NCBI RefSeq assembly: GCF_006345805.1
Contig: NC_042998.1
Span: 130,510,001 to 130,574,000 of the forward strand
Reading direction: 5' to 3'
Source of the DNA: Octopus sinensis
Lineage: Eukaryota
Length of the DNA stretch: 64,000 nucleotides
Positions 52,907 to 64,000 of this stretch are shown here, piece after piece; within the stretch, counting starts at the first letter, position 1, and each line of letters opens with the position of its first letter. The notes under the pieces were generated by a model. That model did not search any database, was not told where the DNA came from, and saw only the letters and a list, made by a program, of their open reading frames with translations. The translations under genes and the position numbers were made by a program.

Positions 52907-53049
52907 CATTATTATTATTATTATTATTATTATTGTTGTTGTCGTTGTTATTGCTGTTGTTGTTGTTGTTACTATTATTATTATTATTTTATTATTATTA
53001 TTATTATTATTATATTATTATTATTATTATTATTATTATTTGTTATGCG

Positions 53050-53590
53050 GAAGTTTTTGTTCCCACCTATCAACCAAATGTTCAAACGCATTTTACTTTG
53101 CTATTGATTTAACCTTTGCAACCACAGTTGCTGTACTTCCCTCGTGCTGCTCAACCTGGGTATTATGCATAAGCCCACATGAAAGTAGTTTGCCACTCCA
53201 ACTGTGGTGGTTTTGTAGGAGATTTTAAATTGGATCAAACCTCGACCTCTTTGAGCACTGTGTTGGTAAAGACGACCTGCCTCTGCCTTTGGGCGGTTAA
53301 TCGTATTTCAAGTCCGCAGCTTATGGATTTTTCTGTCAATCCTTCTTATTTCGTTCACATTCCAGTTCAGCACATTGAAACTGTAAATAACAAGTTCAGT
53401 GCTGAGGAATTTATAGCTAACACCTTGTTACATGTATTTAAATCGAGTTTTAGCACTGCTTGAACTCTTCTGTAACACTCCTACCTGATCTACTCTTTCA
53501 TACTTGCATATTGAATGGCAGAACCCTCATTTATTCCGAGGTATTTGTAGGTTTGTTCCTGCTCGAAGCCATAAGAGTCACTGCCTATTA
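53050..53590 (-). mobile_element. R4/Dong-like post-RT fragment
   Basis: PKAEAGRLYQHSAQRGRGLIQ (RLY..R..GGRGL motif). Confidence 0.65.
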
Positions 53591-53619
53591 ATGCATCATC
53601 ATCATTATCGTCGTCGTCG

Positions 53620-53661
<42 letters not shown>

Positions 53662-53662
53662 A

Positions 53663-53739
<77 letters not shown>

Positions 53740-53759
53740 TATTATTATTATTATTATTT

Positions 53760-55500
53760 GTTTGACTAGCTTTTTATTTGTACGAGTTTGCACCGAGTCC
53801 ACTCAGAGGCCTCAAGAGACAACAATTTAGAAGGTTTATGCCTAGAGTTTTGGACATAGTACTGTTCTAAAGAATGTTAAAAAACATAAGAAAATTATGA
53901 GTTTGTTTTAAAATTTGAGATTGCATAGATAGTATTTTACGTAGGATATGGGCAGTTACCATGAGCACTTCTTTCAAATTTCTGCCATTTTGGGATTTTC
54001 TGGAATCTGAACTACGGAGGGATCAGCCCATTTTGCTATCATTCCCAGGGCACCTATGACAATTTGTATTGTTTATTTCTCGAGGTTCCATATTTTACTA
54101 ATTTCTATTTCAAGATCCTTATACTTGCTCAGATTTTGGTAGGTCTTGACAGATACATTTATATCGATTGGAACAGTCATATCAATGAGGAGGCATGAAT
54201 TTTGTCTGAAGTCTTTCAATATAATGTCTGGCCTAAACGCATCTATTTTTCTGTCAGTTTGAACGGTGAAATTCCAGAGGTGTGAGATGTGATAATTTTC
54301 AGGCAGTAGCGATGGTTTGTGTTTCCACCAGTTTTCATCATGGGGCAAGTCCAAGTTTTTGCAAATTACCCACTGAATATATTGTGCTGCTCTATCATGC
54401 CAGTTGAGATACTCTGTAGGCGCAAGAAGACTGAATATGGAGACGACATGATCAATAATTTCATTTTGTTTTTTCGCTGAGGGTAACGGCATCTATGTCT
54501 AGTGTCGTGATTATTGCTTCCATGGTAACCAATGCCACGTGCATATATATTGCCTATTTCGTGTACGGCTATGATAGAGATAAAGAAGGAAACCAGAAAA
54601 GCTCACTCTGTTTATTGCTAGTGAGGGAGAGGTATGTCTTTCTCTCAGTTTTAGGAGTTTCCAAATACAATTCTTTATAAAATTCTTTCTTGGTATCTCC
54701 TCTGAAGTCTCCTATTCCACAAGTATTTCCTTTTGGAATGTGTTCTGTGCTTTTGTACGGTTACGACTTTTATATATGCTGGAATTCTATTAGTTCAGGT
54801 AGTGTAGTTGTTTGTTGGTGCATGTAATGCATTTGAATTCTATTGCCTGTAATAATGGCTGAGACGTTAAAGACTTTTTCATCTTAAAGGTTATTCGGAC
54901 TATTAGTGCGTATAAATTGGCTTTTGCTACTTCCTGTAATCTCGGACCTTGGTAGCTCTGGTGGATACGGTAACGATGATGATGATTCTTATAATAGTCC
55001 CGGTGGAGTTGATGTTGGAGAGGAGTTGAATCGTTGCTCAAAACTATTTTCTCCATATGTTTAAGCATCACATTTTCTTTCGTTGGTACGCTTTTCTTTA
55101 CTTAATTGTCTTTGTATTAGTCACGTGTATTTAACGTCCTCATCGTTACCTCTGCCACACAAAATATCTGCATGGTGAGTGTCGGAGGGATAGTTTAATC
55201 TTGTTGGTGTATTTGTGGTTGCATTTGAGGTTTTCTTGATCTTTATTTCTTGCTGCTCTCTGAGATTCTGTGGCCCGTTCTGGCTATGTTTTGTCTATTG
55301 CTTTTGTTGATGTTGTTGCTATAGATGTTCCTATCGATATTGTAGTTGGTACTGCATTCACTGTAATCGCTGTAATGGCATTCGCTTTTATTACTACTGC
55401 TCATTTTTCCTTAACCATAACACTGGTTCAGTCGCAATGAGGTTAAATCCCTCCGACAGGGGGCAACAAAATATTTTAATGCAAGGTCTCATGGAAGGAT
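53760..55500 (-). mobile_element. Internally deleted R4/Dong-like LINE (N-terminal part joined to the REL end and 3' UTR)
   Basis: ORF 54073..54492: HDRAAQYIQW..LWNFTVQTDRKIDAFRPDII..LIDMTVP..KYKDLEIE. 3' UTR matches 59190-59400 (+). 5' boundary uncertain. Confidence 0.8.
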
Positions 55501-55949
55501 TTCACTTATTCGGTGTCGCATTGCCCTCTCTAGTGATGGCGTTTATGTCCCATCCCATATTTCCAAACTTTCATGTATGGCCATTTTCACACATCGTTTT
55601 TTGATCTACACAGACCTATATAGCATTGTTTGTCTGGCATTCATTTCCATGTTTCTGGGAGCATTTCTAATGCAGCACTTCGTAGTAAACATATTTACTG
55701 TATGTTCAGCAGTCTATAGGTTCTTATGTCTTTATGCCATAAAATCCTGAATGATATTGTAGTCACGCCTGCAAAAAATAGGCCTTCCAGGTACTGGTGA
55801 TTAGAGCGATTACACAGAGGGTTTTTGTGGGGCGGCGTCCTTAGAGGCAGCAACTGTAGTAGACGTTGCAATAGTGTAGTTCTCTAAGCTCTTGACTTTT
55901 ATAGCAGTGGTGATGATGGTCTTTCTTTGGCATCATCTATTGTTTTATT

Positions 55950-56200
55950 CACTTATTCTTTTATTTGTTTCGGCCATTTGTCTTTGCTCATATAGGGCCA
56001 CCACCTAAAAGAGTTATAGCCAAAGAAATCGACACCAAGATTTACCCTTTGTAAGCTTAGTACTCTATTGAGCTCTCTACCAGAACCACTATGTTACGGG
56101 GACATAAACACGCTAGCATCGGTTATCAGGCGATGACGGAAGGACAAACACAGACAGAGACAGAGAGACACACAGACACACGCACAAACACACACGCACA
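55950..56200 (-). mobile_element. 3' half of the SINE family seen at 17325-17700
   Basis: Shares TTGTAAGC.TAGTACT..., GGGGAC.TAAAC...GCATCGGT and GGAAGGACAAACACAGAC. Confidence 0.7.
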
Positions 56201-56201
56201 C

Positions 56202-56583
56202 GAGTTGAATAATGTTACATGGTCTGGTTTTCAGGTTTTTTTTATTATTGCGTTTAAAAAAAAACATTTTACAATGTTGAAGTGTTGAAGTGTGTTAAAC
56301 ATTAAAAATATATTTTGTAATGTTCATAAAGTCCAATTAGTGCTCGCATACGTTCGTAGTAATCATCAGATTTCACTATGTATTGTCGGAGCCTTCTACA
56401 AGGTATAAAAAGAAGTCATTTTACTACAGTTGTCAAACACTCAAATATGATGGTTGCTACGGACACCAGTTGAAATTTATGAACATTACAAAATATGTTT
56501 TTAATGATTGCAAAACATTTCTTCAAGATACAATAATAAAAAACGTAAAAACCAGACCATGTTTTAACTTGATTCAACTGATA
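56202..56583. mobile_element. Fold-back mini-element of the same family as 3745-4640
   Basis: Arms ~56202-56372 and ~56445-56583 are reverse complements of each other and match the 3745/4640 arms; inner end CTGATGATTACTACGAACGTAT..GCACTA on the minus strand. Confidence 0.75.
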
Positions 56584-56618
56584 TATTATTCCATACACAT
56601 TTACACAAATTCGGGAAA

Positions 56619-56730
<112 letters not shown>

Positions 56731-57529
56731 AAGGAAAATAATGACTTCAGTTGTAGTTTAAATTAAATTTAATATTTTAGTAATATAATTTTACTGTTTA
56801 GTTTGTAGATCTACTATCTGGTAAATTTCTGCTAATTCGCTGGGGAGATTTTTTGAAGATCCTTGTTAACTTTTTGGGGAGAACTTTCTCACATTCGTCG
56901 GTGGTGATTGTCTAACTGATCTCAGGTTGTGTTGTGCTATGTGATGTTATATATAAGAGATTTGGGTATGTCTGGGGTGGGGCTGAGGTTTGTTAATAAA
57001 TGTGGGAGTAATATGGAGTGTTGATGAACAAGAGTTGTAAAAAAATAGTGGACGATAAAAACAAACAAATTGATTGAGAGTAGCGTTTGTAGGTGGTGGG
57101 ATGTTTAAGGATTGTTTTATGAAGGGCTTGTTCTATTTGAATAGTTGACCTTTGGTGAAAATATAACGGTTAGATGTCTTTCAAATTCCTTTCTTATGGC
57201 TGAATCAACTTTCTAACTTTCATAAAGGCAAACTTCAGTAATTTTTTTATGTTAAAGATGAGTTTAGGTGTATGTCTGGGATGGAGGGGGCTTAATTATT
57301 AGGTATAAGATACATGTCTTTTGATAAAAATGGGACGATAGTGATGAAAAGGGATAATGGAAAGGAAATGGCAGCGGATATAATATTATACCATAACAGA
57401 AACTTCCCTATCTCCAATAGGAAATCATTTTTAGAGCAAGGTCCCTCCCATCAAACGAAAGAAAAAAAGGAAAAGAAACACCAACTTTCAAATGACACTT
57501 GATGAGGAAACCTCATAGGCATCAAAACT

Positions 57530-59105
57530 AATCAATGTATCGGTCAATAAATTAACACAAGAAATCAAACTTTTAAAAAATGGACTGAAGTTTATACCTA
57601 CTACGAAAGCAGATCAAACCGAGCCTGTAAAAGACAGAGAATATATTTGTGGAAAATCACGTCTAGGAGAATTCTTCCAAGTGAAGACACGAGGAGGAAT
57701 CACTAGTAAAAAACAAAAAGAACTTTATAACCCCATTAAATAGAAATGTACACAACATGCCTATGACAATCGGCACAGTCAAATATTACAGAGACGTAAC
57801 ACAAACCCAACATCAATACAGACCAAGTGCTAATACTAAATACACTTCAAAAAGATTCCTCAATAATCATAAAAGAAGCTGACAAAGGTGGAGAAATCGT
57901 CGTGATGAATAAAAACCTATTACAAAGATATGGTGCTACAACAGTTGAATGACGAGGGATTGTACAGGAAAGCCAACAAATGCGAAGAAATAAATTCGAC
58001 GATTCAATTAGATAAACTGACGACAAAATACTGAGATAACCTCACCCTAAAGGGAATAAAATGCTTAAGTAATTTCGAAACTAAAACCAGCATTTGTTAT
58101 AGGTTATCGAATTTCACAAATCCAAAGAAATCCAAGACATAAAATGCCAGAGTAAATCATATGTCGAGTACCAAAACCACCAGATTTAAAATTACGCCCA
58201 ATTATTGCTAGCCCAGCGTCAAGCACACAACATCTTAGCAACTTATAATACATAATTCTAAAACTCCTATGTAAAAAAATTACCTAGCTACATCACAGAT
58301 GATATGGAATTCCCACACCAAGACACAATATTAGCTTTGTTGTTACAAGCTTATATGCTAACATCCCACACGAAAGAGTTTATTTTGGAAGGGTTCAAAT
58401 TAATATTGGAGAACAACCACTTACTCTTTGATAACGAACTGTATTCACAAATAAAAGGAACGGCCAAGGATACCAAAGTAGCCCAAAAATATGCAACGTT
58501 CGTGATAGGTTACCGAACAGTAAATTTATATTCCCAGTTGCAGGAAACCTTCAGTCATGACTTCGCCACCTGTATTAATAACAACTGGAAACTTTACCGA
58601 GACGATTGCTTCATCTTCTGGGATATAAGCCACGAATACCTGCAAAGACTCCATTCCTTCATCAACAGGCTTTATGAAATGATACAGTTTACCATGCAAT
58701 GTAATAGAAACGAACCACTAATTCTGGATATCCTTATCATTAAAGAAGGAGAAAATATCGGAACAGACCTATTTTACAAACTAAAACAAACACACCTATA
58801 TTTAAATTTCCGATCAGCAATCACCTTTAACATTGCAAGACGGATCTGCACCATAGTAACACACCTCATATTACAGCGAAAAAGATATGAACTAAAATGG
58901 TTCCTTAAAAGACAATAATATCCGGTTAAATTCATCGATACTGACATCCCCAAGGCCCAGACCATTCTAGTGACAACATTGAGAAAAACAAACCAACAAA
59001 ATAAAAAGGAAAATGAGTCATCCCTTTTGTAGTCATTCACATCACAAGGAACTTCAACATTGAGAAAGTCGACCAACAATTCTCCCAAATTCTCCACCAA
59101 TTCCC
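57530..59105 (+). pseudogene. Penelope-like reverse transcriptase, degenerate
   Basis: LLKNGLKFIPT, IIKEADKGG..VVMNK, LKLRPIIA, QIKGTAKDTKVA..YA, WKLYRDDCF, LDILIIK..TDLFYK..YLNFRS. Confidence 0.85.
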
Positions 59106-59400
59106 CAAAGTGAATGCACTCATAAACAATTGTCCTCAAAATGGCAGAAATTCAAAAGATGGTGCTCATGGGAACTGCTCATATCCAACGCAAGATACGT
59201 TCTATGTAGTCTCAAGTTTTAAAACAAACATAATTTTCGTATGTTTTCTTAAACATCCTCTAGAACAACACTATGTACAAAACCAAATATATGGCACCCT
59301 AGGCATAACACCAACATGAACTTCCACCTTGTCTCTTGAGGTCTCTGGACGAGATTTGGAGCCAAATTGTACAAATGCAAAGCAACAGTCAAATATACAA
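59105..59400 (+). mobile_element. 3' end of an R4/Dong-like LINE inserted into or next to the PLE
   Basis: PQNGRNSKDGAHGNC relic of (P.M.EIQK.VLMGTAHI); 3' UTR homologous to 53760-54000 (minus); ATAATAATG tail. Confidence 0.75.
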
Positions 59401-59439
59401 TAATAATGATGAGGATGATGATGAGGAGGAGGAGGATAG

Positions 59440-59800
59440 CGTTAAAGTATGGACATAAAGGCCAGGATATTGTTGACATTAAACAGGATGCCTCACCCAA
59501 TTCAGATGTCTATAGGCCCTATCTCCCACGTAAAGAAAGCGGCAAATGCCTAATGCAATTTGAAACACCCTATAATTCGAGCACAATAGCGCTGCAAAGA
59601 TACATCCGACGGGAGGATACAACTGGTAGGACAACATGAATACAGTATGAAAGCACACTAAATCTTAAAGTAGCATGCAGAGACGAGAACTTTACTTCCC
59701 TGATTATGATGATGACAATAAGGACACATCATCCACTAAGACAGCGAAAAGGTTTAAGCGAAAAGTAAATAAAAAAGAAAGCTTGAAGGAAATGTCAAGA
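59440..59800 (+). mobile_element. R4/Dong-like post-RT fragment
   Basis: HPNSDVYRPYLPRKESGKCL (HP.SD..RLY.PR..GG.GL motif). Confidence 0.6.
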
Positions 59801-60706
59801 CTGTGACCAGAAAAACCGTTGCCTGAGCAATATCACAATCAAGCTGGGAAAGCTGATGTAGATATGAAAGAAAATCATCAGGGGCTAGCACTCAGAGCAG
59901 AAAATATAGTACATTTCTATGCATATATGGAAGCAATGCAGTGAGTCACTCAAGGATCATATTTTCAGGAACAGTTGTACAATACTGATATCACATCCGA
60001 TTATTTATAGATTATACACTTCGAGTTCAACTCTTATACGCTTGGGGTTTAAATAAGTAAATTGACTCAAAGGGAAAGCATTTAATATAAAGAGACAAAA
60101 GCTGTAAGAAATTAGTCTTGACATATCAGATTTGTAACATTTTCATTTAAGAATATACGTTTCCGGTTTATTTTCTGGTGTCACATTCTTTTCCATGAGT
60201 TCCCCGACTTATTTGATCATGCATTTTAACTTCCGTCATTCTACATTTGTAAAGAAAGAAATTAATGTGAGCTATTAGAAAACATTATAAGTTGTAAGTG
60301 GAGACGGTGGCAATTGACCTGTTGAGAAGTGTTTAATTACTGCCTGTATTTTTTTTTAGTTTTTCCCATTAATAACTCTCAGCATTACGCGCCTGACCTT
60401 CTCCACATTTCTGTGAATGGATGGGGCAGGATATGAGGATCTGATTATATTCTTGTGTTTACATAGGCGTAATTATGAGTGTGTAAACACACACACACAC
60501 ACACACAGATATATGTCTGCGGACACGCACACACAAGCACACACACATACGTATGTATATATAACTCATGTTTTATTAAGAAGGTTATTCTCAAACATTA
60601 TTACTCCCTTTCTCTTTCACACTCTCTCTCCATATGTATATGTATTTATAAATGTGTGTGTGTCTGTATATATATATATACATATATGTGTGGTTGTGTA
60701 TATATA

Positions 60707-60740
<34 letters not shown>

Positions 60741-60770
60741 TCACACGCGCTCACACACACACACATATAT

Positions 60771-60825
<55 letters not shown>

Positions 60826-61100
60826 CAGTACGGAGTGCAACTTTCAGTTGCTATTCTGGATTTCTAGATTGCTGAGTTTATCTGTATACTTTTTAAAAGC
60901 ATATAATGCGGTAAGCGCAGGATTCACCAAATTTTTAAGACTATCAACCCCTTCTTGGAATCCTTGATCACTGATCGACCCCAGGTATGTTCAAGAAAAT
61001 AAATAAATAATAATTAAGTACATGTGCAGTTTCAGCGCTTTTATCGAGTCTTTGAATAGTCCCATCAACCACTTTATAGACCCCTGGGTAAGCGTAAATA

Positions 61101-62349
61101 CGAGGGGCGTTCAATAAGTAATGCCTCTGACCCACTTGCAACTGTTTGATCTAGCTAAAATTTTGCATGTGTAATTATTTATATCTCTATAGATTAAGTG
61201 GCAAATTACAGCTCTGAACTGATTGTGGTTACTGATTTACAGGTGTTTTAACTGAGTCAAGTGTGAAATGGAGCCTGTTGAGTGTCGAGCAGTGATCCGG
61301 TTTTTGTATTTGAAAGGTCGCCCACCACGGGAGACTTTTGATGAAATGAAAGTAACTTATGGTGATGATGCCCCATCATATGACCTTATAAAACGCTGGC
61401 ATCGTGAATTCAAACATGGTCGCCCCCCTTCTGCCATTGATGAGGCATCTGTCCGTCAAGTTGAGGCTGCCATTTTGGAAGATCGACGCATAACTATTCG
61501 CCAAATAGCCCATGAGGTCAAGATTAGTACCGGGTCTGTGGAAACTATCATTCATGACCATTTGCATATGCAAAAGGTGTCTGCTAGATGGATTCCCAGG
61601 TTGCTCACACTTTTCCAGAAGCAAGAACGCGTCGAGTGCTCGAGGATGAATTTGGAGATGTGCCAAGAAGATGAGTCAAAATTTTTCAAAAGACTGATGA
61701 AACCTGGGTCCATCACTATGATCCAGAGACCAAAGCCCAGTCAATGCAGTGGAAGCACTGTGACTCACCTCCTCCAAAGTAGGCAAGGGTGCAGCCCTCC
61801 GCTGGCAAGGTCATGCTCACAGTCTTCTGGGACCAGGACAGAATAGTGATGACAGATGTCCTGGCAAAGGGTACCACAATTACAGGAGCCTATTATGCTT
61901 TACTTTTGAGGAAATTAAGAGAAGCTATCAAAATCAAGAGGCGGGGCAAGTTCAGCAAAGGCATCCTCCTCCTGCAGGACAACGCTCCGGTCGACAACTC
62001 GCGTGTCGCCAGATCAGAAGCACAGGCGTGCAGCTATGAACTACTCCCCCACCTCCCTACTCTCCTGACCTTGCACCCTCTGATTTTCACCTCTTCCCAG
62101 CCATGAAGTTGTTTTTGAAAGAAAAGCGTTTCCCAGATGATGCAGCCTTGATTTCTGAAGTCACGTCGTGGTTGGAGGACCAAGCTGGGGTCTTCTACAA
62201 AAACGGTCTCCAGAGCTGCATCAGACGAATGGAGAAATGCGTAACTCAGGGTGGTTCCTATGTAGAAAAAGACTAATAACTGTGCCAAGATTTGTTGCTC
62301 TACTGCTATGGGAATTGGGTCAGGGACATTACTTATTGAACGCCCCTCG
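61101..62349 (+). mobile_element. Near full-length mariner (DD34D, irritans-like), transposase pseudogene 61268-62278
   Basis: Perfect 23-bp TIR core CGAGGGGCGTTCAATAAGTAATG with TA TSD on both sides; WIPRLL, QDNAP and (P.)YSPDLAPSDFHLF motifs; frameshifts. Confidence 0.95.
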
Positions 62350-62446
62350 TATGGTGATGGAATGAATATATAAACTTTATTTCGTGTAATTTGTATTTAC
62401 TTTTACTATTTGTTCATCTAAACATGTATATGTATATATAAATATC

Positions 62447-62490
<44 letters not shown>

Positions 62491-63536
62491 CGCGCGTGTG
62501 TGTGTTTCTGTGCATGTGCGTGTGTTTCACGTTATGAGAATTTAGAAACTTTGGAAGATGTGAAATAATTCGTTTTTTTCCCCCTTTTTAACTGTGCAAC
62601 TCCAAGTGGATAACCTATAAGTGTTAGACTGTGTATATCAGATTTAAAATGTTTGGAAGACCAAAGCTAACATGTGTCACGGGCCGGCATCTTCAGATTT
62701 TTCAGTACGAACGGTTTTTTAAAGCAAAAACCTTTTCCATTTCGACTTTCACAGCTACAGCCATATTATATAAACGGACATACATACACACTTACATGTA
62801 TACACACACACGTGGGCACACACATGCACACACACACGCACACACACACGCGTATATATATACATATATACATTCATGCACATTTACACCCATAGACATA
62901 CATGAATTTCCTTAACACGTGTAACCTACATGTGCGCACACAATGTGTAACCAACATGCGCGCTCACAAAAGTATTACATGCATATTACATACACTTGTG
63001 TGAATACATACATACATAAATACATACATACATAAATGCATACATACACACATGCTTATAGGCGTACACTCATGCATGCGCATCTACACATATGCATACA
63101 CACATGCATACATGCACACATACATCCATACGTACGCACGTACATACATACACACATATATATCATGAACCTACTGTGTATATAAATAGAAATATTTGTA
63201 GATGCACTGGGGATAAGTTGTGTTCGTAAGGTATGTATAAATGCTTATAATTACGTACGTTGAGTTATGTATTACTGATAACGGTAAAGGAAATTATACC
63301 ACTGAATTAGAAATCAATTGATGTATGGCTAAACCTTTTAAAATATCGTTTTTGTTGATTTACTTCGCTTTCAGCAAGTATCTATGTGATAAATAAGGTA
63401 GATATAATCATTTTACATCTACCATGTAGCTGCCCTTATATTTACTATAAAAAAATTGTATCCATTGTATTGATTGATACCTAAAAGGTTTTACATGCCA
63501 GCTGCCTGATAACAGTCGATATGGATTTTATCTTTG

Positions 63537-63609
<73 letters not shown>

Positions 63610-63649
63610 TAATATAAATAATAATAATGGAATTATTATTCCTAATATC

Positions 63650-63945
63650 TACGAATGATAAAAATGGTACTGAAACCTATTTGCAAATGATACCAGGCTT
63701 ACCATCCCTACAGGAAGTGCAAAAAATCGTGTCAACTGAAACGACTGGTTTACTGAGAAGAGCATTATCACTGTGAAAACAACATCCATTCATGAATTTA
63801 TTTATTTATTTAGTTATTTTTTAAAATACATACTTTACCTGTGAATTTGCGTGTTATTCCTGTGAATGCATACGATGAGCTTCTCTGCCCTAGGTGTACG
63901 GAAAACACTCGGCGAGAAACGGAAGAAAATTTGAAGAAGGAAAGT
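63650..63945 (+). mobile_element. 3' end of an R4/Dong-like LINE flanked on both sides by (TAA)n
   Basis: IPGLPSLQEVQKIVSTETTGLLRRALSL*; (TAA)n at 63537-63625 and from 63945. Confidence 0.7.
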
Positions 63946-64000
63946 AATAATATTATTAATAATGATAATAATGATGATGATAATAAGAATAATAATAGTA

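Noticed and set aside
55180-55560. 12-bp inverted repeat TGTCGGAGGGAT and a possible HDV-like ribozyme at the LINE 5' end
   Set aside because: I could not build the nested double pseudoknot by eye; a covariance-model search is needed.
56800-57510. Possible additional PLE pLTR/EN relic and TTGATGAGGAAACCTC motif
   Set aside because: Too degenerate; no diagnostic motif recovered.

Overview
AT-rich eukaryotic non-coding DNA, not prokaryotic. I found no rRNA, true tRNA or CRISPR array, and no host gene I can call confidently. The window is dense in (TA)n/(CA)n/(TAA)n microsatellites and decayed transposons; the repeat content resembles octopus/coleoid cephalopod genomes (inferred from remembered repeat families, not verified). 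Most supplied ORFs are microsatellite artefacts. Recognisable content: many R4/Dong-like (RT + REL endonuclease) LINE relics abutting triplet repeats, CR1- and RTE-like LINE fragments, tRNA-derived SINEs, two DD37D (maT) and two mariner transposons, two non-autonomous Helitrons, and many Penelope-like element (PLE) pieces (four GIY-YIG fragments and one RT). The most notable signal is a set of hammerhead ribozyme (HHR) motifs. Two have intact catalytic cores (4937-5031 minus, 7191-7266 plus) and several are relics. In four short fold-back elements, the ~140-185 bp downstream of the ribozyme motif is duplicated in inverted orientation. All coordinates and translations were read by hand, so boundaries are approximate.
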